A stretch of 64,000 nucleotides of DNA from Octopus sinensis (lineage: Eukaryota), in the NCBI RefSeq assembly GCF_006345805.1, contig NC_043003.1:35030001-35094000 (forward strand), written 5' to 3'. A program made the position numbers and the translations under genes. How positions within the stretch are numbered: position 1 is the stretch's first letter; every line of letters begins with the position of its first letter. Positions 53,621-64,000 of the stretch are shown here, piece by piece. The notes under the pieces are model-generated. The model worked only from the letters and a program-made list of their open reading frames with translations, was not told where the DNA came from and did no database searches.

Positions 53621-54689
53621 TTTTTGCAGCAGTAAATTGAATTGTTTCTACAGTGTATATCTTGAGCTCATCTTATAGGATATATATCCGGGCCTAGCCC
53701 CGTTTTACATGGAGGCAAATACGTTAGCATAAAATTGAAATGAAAAATCTTTTTTCTAATAGAAATGTGGTTAATTATAAGTCCGTGTTTGACCGTGTTT
53801 AGCGAAATGATTTAGATTTACGCTTGATGTGCTTAGTGTATCAGCTTAATATTCTTGCTACCTCAATGGTAGTTAACGATTCTGAGATTCACGTTCCAAT
53901 TGAAAAAATAAAGTCGCGTCATCATATGACAATGATGTTCACATCAGAAATCGAGATGTTGTTACCATATTGGAGAGGAATCCAGTAGTAACAGAGGCAT
54001 GCATTAATCAGATCTGTCTCACTTATTTACCATCGGGAATTAGTATTATACAAACTTACGTCAAAAACTTCTTATCGCATGGGGACAGATCCTACACCGT
54101 ACTACACCCGATAACAGGTGTTCTATGCCCGAAACTGTAAAATTAGTCCACCATAAAAATTTATTTCATTCCTTCGCTAAGGAATGGCAGACAGATTTTC
54201 TCTCATGAGAAATTTATTGATGAGTGAAGGGCAATATTCTAAGGCGGTTTGCCTCTCTCTCGACTAAGTTATTGATGAGTGATAAGTGATATTCTAAGGT
54301 GAAGTAATAGGTACTTTATTCTTAGCCAACTCTCATCAACTTTCAACTTACTACTAATTCACAAAACGGTGATGGTAGAACAATAAATACTTCACTTACA
54401 TATTGCGGGAATCTAGTTTGCTGAAGGTAACTGTCTCTTTTGCCAATATACACTTTAATTCATTTATGCATATATACATACATAGGCAAACACACGTATA
54501 TACTCGCGTATTTATATGCGTGTGTGTTTGTTTGTATGTATGAATATTATATTTATGTTTTTGTGCATGTGCGTGCGCGTATATAGATACGTATACAGAG
54601 AGAGGGAGAGAGATTCCACGTGATAATCCAGTTTTTGTTGGGCATGAGGCAAAAATATTATTAATATTATCATTATTGTTGTTTTGTTG

Positions 54690-54790
54690 CAGGAATGTTA
54701 AGAAAACTTTTTAAGATACCTGAAGATGATCGAAAAATATACTGATCGAATGCAGTGAAACTACATATCTCTACTCAATTGAAGTTGATA
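54690..54790 (+). mobile_element. Possible Penelope-like pLTR remnant with mutated hammerhead
   Basis: C TGAAGA T GATC-G..T-GATC GAAT at 54720-54751; GAAA core altered. Confidence 0.4.
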
Positions 54791-57667
54791 AAGATATCAA
54801 AGTAACTCAATCACATTTCTCCTCTCCAATAATTCCCAGGCCTTAAATCTCAATACGAAATCAATAGAATAAAAGAAAAACTATGAAAAGTGCAGCTATA
54901 AAAAGGTATATGAAAATTATATTACTTCTTCAAAAGGAATCGTTTTAAGTTTAAGCATAGATTTCTAGTTATATAAACTCGTAATAGAAGTTATCTTTCT
55001 CTACAAATAAATATTTCAAATTTTCTTATATTCTAAAGTTAGATGTAATCTCGATGCTTTTTGAAAAAAAAATGATATACACAAATATATACATACATAC
55101 AAATATACATACATACATGCATATACTTCATTTTTTATACAAGCAACACAAATTTTAATACTAACATCTAACAAGAGAAATCTCTTTGAAATTATTGCAA
55201 AGAGCTTGAAGTTAGGCAGTGTTCTCAAGAGATTCTTAGACAAACCACCAAAATTACATAGGAACTATTATTTACATTTAAATAAAATTTACGTTTTCAG
55301 GATGACCTCAGCTGATTCTTGAAAGACAACATTCACAGGATTTTCTACGAATGGTTGCCTTGCACATCTGAAGGTGCATTTTCCAAATATTCGTAAAGAC
55401 AACATATTTCGAAGAGGTCTGATACCTAGTATATATGTATGGATTTGTGTTTCTTATACAGAAACTGATTGGAAGATTGAAAGCTGATTTGAACGTATGA
55501 CACATGATCTTGTAATCGAATATCTTATCTACGCGGTGATTCTCCTTTACACAATAAAGGTAAACACGATGAAAGCAATGTACAACTAAAACCTATTTCT
55601 GTTGAAAATAAAATCAAAGTTCACTTTTTTTTCAATTATTTGAAAAGAAATATTTATTACCAGCTCTCACAACTGGAAATCTATGTTTGAATTTATAATG
55701 AAGAACTGATATCTGATTGTAGATTATTGAAATCCATTTCGGTTTAAGGTTTGAGTCCCTCCAGGTTAAAAAAATTTAAAGAGTAAAGTAAAAGCAACAA
55801 TAGATTTTGAATTACATTATGCTTTTTTTTACGCACCGTTGAGAAGAAAGTTACTTTCATTTGGTGAAAATAGCAAATGCCATAAAATTTTACAGCATAA
55901 TAATTGATTTCTTCATACACATGTGTATGAGACTTAAAAGAAATCAGATCGAAGAGATGTAGCCTATTTAAAATATAAACCTGTCGTTTCAAAAGATTCC
56001 TTTATTTTTATCGAGGAGTTAAGCTGAAGACTTAATATTTGCATATTCATATTTTTGCGTAACTGACAGTATGTGTTTGCGTCTGTGAATGTGTGTTTGA
56101 GTGCATTTTTGTGTAAATTTGAGTGTGTGTGTTTGTATGCGTATAATTATGCATTTGCATCGCTGTTTGCGAGAATGAAAAATCATGTGAATATTTGTAT
56201 AAATGTGTATATATCAATGTGTGTTCGTCAGTAGAGAATCACATGTACGCGCATTTATGCTAAACTTGTGATTTTGTATGTGGTTGTGTCTTTGTATGAA
56301 TATTCGTATGTAAGCGTGATTTGCTTTTGCATTCGTATACATAATCTTATTATGCTTATTTTTATGTATGATTATATGAATTTGTATATTTATGAGTGTG
56401 CCTGTGTGTGTATTTATTTCCCTATATGCATGCCTGCCTATTTGAAATTGTGATGTTTATGTGCATATAGAAATTATTTCTAATGTTACTGTTAGGAGCA
56501 GATGAAGGACCAAAATCATATTGAAGAATATTTAATACCGTTTATGACATTATGGATTCTGTTAATTCGATTTACGTATGTAGAAAAAGGAGCATGCAAA
56601 ACAGATGAAACTAAAACTCTATACCCACACCACCCAGAATAAATAATGTAGAGAAGAAAAACCTTTCAATTGGAAAATATGTGTGCACGTATGTGCGTAG
56701 TGGATGTAAGATCGGAGATTAAAATAAAACAATTATATTTCCAGAAACTTTAGGTGGAACAAAGCTGCTAGTTTCCAGTTACAAAGCTGTAGAAGAATAA
56801 TGGCCTTTAAGCACTATTCTAATTCAAGTTGTTTCTTTTTTTTAATTAAATTTGAAAGTCACGAAAATATTGATTTTTCTCTATAGGCATAGAACTTCAG
56901 ATTTATATGACAGGCGACATTAAATTGAGTAACATAGAACAATGTGAGTAACTAGTAGGGAAGCGAAACCGGGTCGTCTTTGAAAAATGCAGTACTGTTC
57001 TTTATAAAAAATTATGGCGGCCTGGTAAGGAATTTCAATTCATGTTAACTTGCAACATGCGAATCTAAGGAACACATAAAGTGAAAAATATGCCGATTTC
57101 AGAAAGCTATGTTTGAATTTAAACGAGTTTTAGGTTACTAAAATCCATTTGAGTTTACAATTTCATGTCATCTAGATAAAAGAAGATAGTAAGATAATAA
57201 AAAGTCAGCAACATTTGATATTTTGATAGAAACATATTAAAAGAAAAATGAGATTAATAGTATATCTATAGCCAATTTTCACCATTCGATAATCTATTCT
57301 TGAAGATGATGATACATTTTTACAGGGAACTAGAAGTATGGGTAACACACCTCGAATTTATAATAACGATTGAAGCTATTTGACAGAATTTACATATCTT
57401 GAAGACATGAAATGTATCAAATAAAACTCTCTCTCTCTCTCACTCTTTCTCTTTCTCACATACACACGCATATACTCACGCACACATTTGCACACACCCA
57501 AGCATGCACACACAGATATAGAACTAACAGTTAAATTGGTGATGACTAGGAATTTCACCTATCAATTGTAATTACTCCTACCAAGAGATGTCTCGTTGTT
57601 ATATTTAAACAGGTGTTCAAAACACTAATACGACCAGTAGTTGATATGAATACATATATTCAAAGGA

Positions 57668-57737
<70 letters not shown>

Positions 57738-57739
57738 GT

Positions 57740-57803
<64 letters not shown>

Positions 57804-57956
57804 GCGTGTGTGTGTGTTCATGTATGTGTGTCTGGATGGATGTATGCACACACTTTCATAATATTTATGTACACAAAAACATACACGCATCTATATTCAT
57901 ATATATACATATTATTCAAGTGCGTAAAAAGAAAATGTACGTGCGAAGAGAGAGAG

Positions 57957-57993
<37 letters not shown>

Positions 57994-58994
57994 GACATAT
58001 ACACACACAAAGAGAGAGCGAGATATATATATATATTTATATAGAGAGGTGGGCAGACGGAAAAAAAGGGGTGAGATGGAAACTCAGAGAATAAAGAGGG
58101 AAGCGAGTGAGAAGTTGAAAGACAATGAATTATAGTGAGTTGGGAAAAGAGATAGACAGATGTTTGTGAGTATAAGAAAATGAAAGTAAAAGAAATACAT
58201 TGATAAAGAGAAAGCGTTATGGACTTAAGTACAGGGCAATGCTTGTTAGAATTAATCATACATTCAGAACGGTAGACATCTAGCCGGACATAACAAACTT
58301 CTCTACATCTATTGAATTGGCCATTAACCATACCTAAGAAGAAATTGCTCAGTTCTTGTCGATTAATCTTCGTTATATGAATTACTTATCTCTTTCTTCT
58401 CAGGTTGTGTACAGTTGTGACATAAAAATACGTTGCCAAATATTCCACCCGCCAACTCACTGAATCTACGACTTGAGCCAAACACCGATCGACTACGCCA
58501 TTTACGTTTGTTTCTCAATCATTTCTTTCTGCAGTTTTTTTTTTTAATCTTTTCTGTGTCTCTTCATCTTGCATTTCTTCCTCTTCTTCCTTCCTTATTG
58601 TTAACCTACTTTTTTGCGTATTTATATTTGTATGCACAGTGAGTGCATAATTTAGCTCGTCAGGTCACTATCCAAACAGCCACGCATATATTCAGTTACC
58701 TTGAACCGTAACCCCTAGTGGTACGATACATACTAAAAACTTGCCAGGAATAAGCTATCAGTTGTCTTTCAAATAACCATGTATAAGGACAGAGTATATC
58801 AGACAGTGTATTTCCAGATACTGAGAGAAATTAAACTAAAGATACTAAAAGTGATAAGCGAGAAGGTTACCGTTAAAATAACATTCATGAAAGTTCTAAT
58901 AGATTGAGACAGAACTGAAGCTAAAAAGCAGTAACATCATTATCTTCGACACCACTTCGTCAGTTGTATACTTTATATATATACGCACGTTATG

Positions 58995-59143
58995 TTTCTT
59001 TCAGTTTTCACGTATGAAATCCACTCGTAGTGCTTCGGTTGACCCGAAGGTACAGCAAAAAACACTTATCCAAAATGACACGCAGAGGGATTGAATTCGG
59101 TACTTTGTGATTCGAAAGTAAGCTTCTCATCACACAGCCACGC
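58995..59143 (-). mobile_element. Degenerate 5' part of SINE family B
   Basis: TTTCTTTCAGTTT..AAATCCACTC..CACACAGCCAC aligns with 45795-45946. Confidence 0.6.
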
Positions 59144-59220
59144 TTGGGACTATACACACAGAAAGACACACACACGCACACGCGCACACACACACAAACA
59201 CACAAACACACACCACACAC

Positions 59221-59252
<32 letters not shown>

Positions 59253-59258
59253 TACACA

Positions 59259-59345
<87 letters not shown>

Positions 59346-60355
59346 AGAATAATTAGTATTTAGATAATGAAGAAATTTGGACATACTTAAACATTCGAAA
59401 AAACAAATTTTAATATTCTCAAATTCATACATATATTAATAGTTTACACGTGTAATCAGGAAACGTATATACAGTTAGACAAAATTTTTCAATGAAAGGA
59501 TGAACGTATTTTTATAATTGATAATAATTTTATGAGAAAATGAATGAAACATTTCCGAAAATGCCAATAAGTTTCATTTATTTCGGCGGGTCATTAACTA
59601 TGAACTTAAAACAGGTGAAGAGAATTGTCAGGAATTTCTTATGTACTTAGTTTAGATAAACCATCATCAACTCAGTCTAAATTTTATGGAGTACAAGATG
59701 GTTTTAGATCACCATAATATAATGTATAATTATTTCCGAGTTGAGACACTAGCTCGTCAATGAGATACCTCTAAAATTTTCAATGTAGAACATATGTGTA
59801 TGCACGCACGCGTGTGTGCGTGTGTGCGCGGAGGGTTTGTGTTTGTGTGTGTATGGATGTATGAATATATTTTTATCATTGGTTTATTGTCAACATTGAA
59901 GATACAAAGCCTGCAGTCTGCGTTTGATTCTTCAATCAATAGTCGAAAAATGTAAAGAATTGATTGCTTGTTGTCAAATATAATCTGTACACACATATGT
60001 ACATGACAGTTATAATCCTTACACACATTTACATGTCCATACACTACTTGCAACGGAAGAATACTTCACAAAGTATTGTATACGCACATACACGCAATAT
60101 ACGTACATCTTTGTACGCATGCTATTTTTTGTGTGCATGTAAGAGCTTATATGTTTGTATAATTGTTTATTTGGTTTCTTACATTTAGTCTCTCGAAGTA
60201 CATTGAACTATTGAGATTTAGATATATACATACAAATATATTATTTATACACTTAACTTCAATACAGTTGACAAGAATAAAATAAGACATTCAGAAATAC
60301 AGAAACAAAAAAGAATATACCAAGAATATAGAAAGTTGATCGAAAATAGGAATGT

Positions 60356-60356
<1 letters not shown>

Positions 60357-60442
<86 letters not shown>
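60357..60442. repeat. Pure (GA)n microsatellite
   Basis: Directly visible. Confidence 0.95.
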
Positions 60443-60445
<3 letters not shown>

Positions 60446-62852
60446 GTGTGAAGGAAGAAGCCTGGAAAATAAGAGATACGTATAGAGAAGTAACTGAAAT
60501 GTGAGAAGGAAATAAAGTCAAATAAAATTAAGGACAGAGAGTGTAATGAGAAATTTGAGAGAAAGAAAAATGATGTGACTAAATAGTTACCGTAGTCTAA
60601 AAATACAAGCTATCAGACAGAGAACGGCATAAGATCCGATTAAATAATAAACAACATTAATCAAACGAAGAAATGAAATATTTGTTCTTCGACAATGTTC
60701 TCTAATGCAAGCGACAGTTAAAACATGAATTTTGCAGGAGGGAGTCGCTGCATAGTTGGTCCGACTGCGTGAAGTAGTAACTAAATTTCTTCCCAGTCAC
60801 ACCGTGTTGTCTGTTAAATAATTAATGAAACATTGGAGAATGTAGATTTAACTACACTGTTTGAATACATGACAAGAGCGATGAAGGAACTTATTTGATC
60901 ATCGCTCTGCTCGATCACTTCTCAGCTCGGACTAAACAATAATAATAGAACAACACGTTTTGCAGATCAAACTTCATGAAACCACTTTCTTTATCCAGAT
61001 ACGGACACTCCGTCATAATTTTTATAGTATTTATAATAATTATGTCCAAAGTGCGACGCGGTCCTTAAAAGTTCGCTTGAATTTGGTACCGTTTAATACC
61101 TATTTTAACACTATTGTTACACTTCATATTTTATTTTCTTGGAAAGGATTCAATTATGATGAAGAAAATATTTCTAAGTTGGAATAATTGAACAAGACTA
61201 AAATATATTTATGTTCTTGACTAATGTCTATGAAAGTCTATTAGTGTGCGGTAACATGAATATAACTGCATCAGAACAATGGAATCGCTGTGATACGTTT
61301 TTATTCAAATTATTCAAAGATGTAAATCAGTTTAAACGTGCAAAATTGGTCACTCACATCATGACTAGGATGCCAATTATATTAAGAGAAGTATAGCTTC
61401 GTTGTACAAAGAAGACTAAAACTAATTTTATCAAATACTAAGAAAGTCGATCCCGACAACATTTAAACGATGAACGCAGTGACGTGTATACTTATTCTGG
61501 CACATTTAGGTCGGAGAATTTCTGTTTTTGCCTTTCTACTACGTTAGCTATAAATGATTGTTCATTTTGGCACAGAGACACATGTGTAGGCAATATATGT
61601 ATTTGTTTGAACAAAACTCAATACATTACTAGTGTGTCTTTTGTCGATCACAGTGGATGAATATAAAACCAGTTCATGAAGAAATTAGAAATCCGAGACG
61701 GACCAATGTGCATAAAGACATCATCCCAAATAAAAGAAAAATGACTTTTACAAGAAAGGTTTTAAATCAATGATATGTAAAACTCCTTGCCGGGAAAATA
61801 AACGTCTTCAAAAATTTGAGTTAGAGCAACTGAAAACAAAATGGAACGATCTAATAAAAGCAGTGACCGCACTAAAGGAAACTGACTGATGAAGAGAAAA
61901 GGGAAAAGGGAAAAGGCAAAATAATTTATATCTGGAAAATCTTGGAAAGCTTGATACCATAAGCATCGAAGACTGCTGAATTCATTCGCTATTGAACTGT
62001 TCTGTTTCAACTGACTGTAGACTGAAGCTATATACGGCATATCTACAGGCTGATATGCCAGATGAACAAACTATATAGTAAACTAGGATATCAACATCAA
62101 ATTCTCTCATCCTCTAAACATTAAATATATGAAAAATTTTAAACATCGTTGGTAACTGTACTCCGTAATGATCATAGTCATGCAACGGGCGTCAGTACAA
62201 TGAAGCACACACACACACCAGCACATACGTACGCACACACACGCACACACACAGACACATACACATACACACAAACACGCAGAGAAACTCACACACACAC
62301 ATACATTCAACACACAAAGATTTTATGATAAGATATATGAACATATTTTTCAGAGGTAGTCCAGCAAATGGGAAAATTTAAAAACAACATGTATTGGCAA
62401 AAGAGCTAGGGAAACATATACAAACATGAATTAGCTACTAAGACAACATCCATTTGTCAACGTTCCTTAAATTAGCAGACAACAACTATTCGCACGCTTC
62501 CTTCTAGAATTATTGATGACACGTTCTGTGCAACATCGCTTTGTGATACACACACACACATACAGACACATACACACACAAAAAGAAAGTAAAGCGCCCT
62601 GTGTCTGGGAAGAGACAGGGTAAATTTGTACTAAATTCAAATGATATTTATCTATTAACGACGTTTCGTTCTATCTTCCAAAATTGGACATGATGAATAA
62701 ATGAATAAAAAAGCTGCATAGTTCATCTCTTTTTTCTCTCCACTCCTCTCTTTCACACTCGTTTGAAATCATATAAATGAACCGTTTTCCGCATCCTTCG
62801 TTCATATTATGCATACGCACACATACAAAATATAATATAATACAATATAGTT

Positions 62853-62853
62853 T

Positions 62854-62886
<33 letters not shown>

Positions 62887-62962
62887 TATATACATATACA
62901 TATATATACATATACATATATATATATATATATAATATATATATATATACATATACATATAC

Positions 62963-62995
<33 letters not shown>

Positions 62996-63244
62996 CATAC
63001 ATATATATATATAATATGTACATGCATATGTACATACATATACACATATGCATATATTTATATATATCTAAATAAAGAAGTATTACTACCGTTATTAATG
63101 ATAATAATAAGGTAGCAAGCAAGTGGCATTTAAATACCCTACTGAATCTACATTTACCTTACATATATGTGTATGTATGTGTGTGTGTTCGTGTGTGAGT
63201 GCGTATATGTGTGTATCTCTGTGTATATATGTATATATATATAT

Positions 63245-63295
<51 letters not shown>

Positions 63296-63296
63296 A

Positions 63297-63370
<74 letters not shown>
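62853..63370. repeat. Degenerate (TA)n/(CA)n/(TG)n arrays
   Basis: Directly visible. Confidence 0.9.
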
Positions 63371-63373
<3 letters not shown>

Positions 63374-64000
63374 TGTATGTATTCTACGAATGACGTTCAG
63401 CTACTTTTCATTTCGTCTTGATTTCAAATCCCACTGAAGTTTAACCTTGGCACTTCTCACTTTGAAATCAATGAATAATTCCAAAGTGCTTCTTTTTATA
63501 ACAATTGGATTCACTTTGCTCCTCATTTACGCCGTAATAGACCTTTGTATGCTGTTTAGACAGGTGTTGGATGTTGTATCGTAAGACGTTAACGTAGCGA
63601 ACGCGAAGTTAGGACCGAGATTCGTAAGTAAACTGTTATGAGTTCACCCCATTTTCTCTATTCGGAAAGAACATCATGAACGTCCAAAATATTTCCATTC
63701 CTAAAATCTGTTTAGACAAAAATAAACTAATATTTCACCTGCATAGTTTTATTAAGGTCTCGATCAAGCTACTCTAACGACTTGAATCAGTGATCAACAT
63801 TTCATTTCTGATACATAATATTTCTCTGTATTTCTGCATCAAATGCAAAATCCAGCAATTTTCAAAATGTCTTCCTCCCACCACCAATATATTCCAAATA
63901 TCCAATCAAAAGTAAATATTTTTGTATAAATAAAAATGTGAAATAAAAGTAAATTAAATAAATAATAATACAAATAATTGAAAAATTTATATATAATAAT

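Noticed and set aside
54060-54134. 75-nt minus-strand exon with strong splice sites
   Set aside because: All three frames contain stops.
55301-55396. Exon with in-frame TGA (DDLS*FLKDNIHRIFYEWLP..) as a selenoprotein
   Set aside because: No redox motif, no SECIS recognised, no supporting exons.
60875-60908. 10-bp-stem hairpins (also near 23553 and 35505) as miRNA or Helitron ends
   Set aside because: Stems too short for pre-miRNA; no correctly placed CTRR terminus.
1097-63437. Most ORFs in the supplied track (poly-YI, CV, HT, LS, L, N, K)
   Set aside because: Translations of di-, tri- and tetranucleotide microsatellites with no domain content.
13969-63740. Recursive-splicing-like AG|GT sites on the minus strand (13970, 14532, 25864, 48001, 58333, 63738)
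   Set aside because: Similar sites occur on the plus strand (about 4150, 21620, 27795, 58403), and a few are expected by chance.

Overview
Eukaryotic, very AT-rich, microsatellite-dense DNA that reads as intronic or intergenic. The tRNA-derived SINE families and the (TA)n/(TAGA)n/(CA)n load point to a coleoid cephalopod, probably Octopus (inference from recall, not a database result). No protein-coding gene can be named. Nearly all supplied ORFs are microsatellite translations or antisense to transposon remnants. Supportable content: three SINE families, decayed mariner and maT-type (DD37D-like) transposases, CR1-like and R4/Dong-like LINE remnants, a fold-back MITE, several near-perfect hairpins, and Penelope-like terminal-repeat fragments. 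The best find is an apparently intact minimal type-I hammerhead ribozyme at 16340-16378 (-), of the loopless-helix-III form that needs a partner to cleave. Five further degenerate hammerhead-like motifs occur, and the three on the minus strand keep the palindromic GAAACGT arm. A phase-consistent chain of very small minus-strand exons (41685 to 18032) is a low-confidence host-gene hypothesis.
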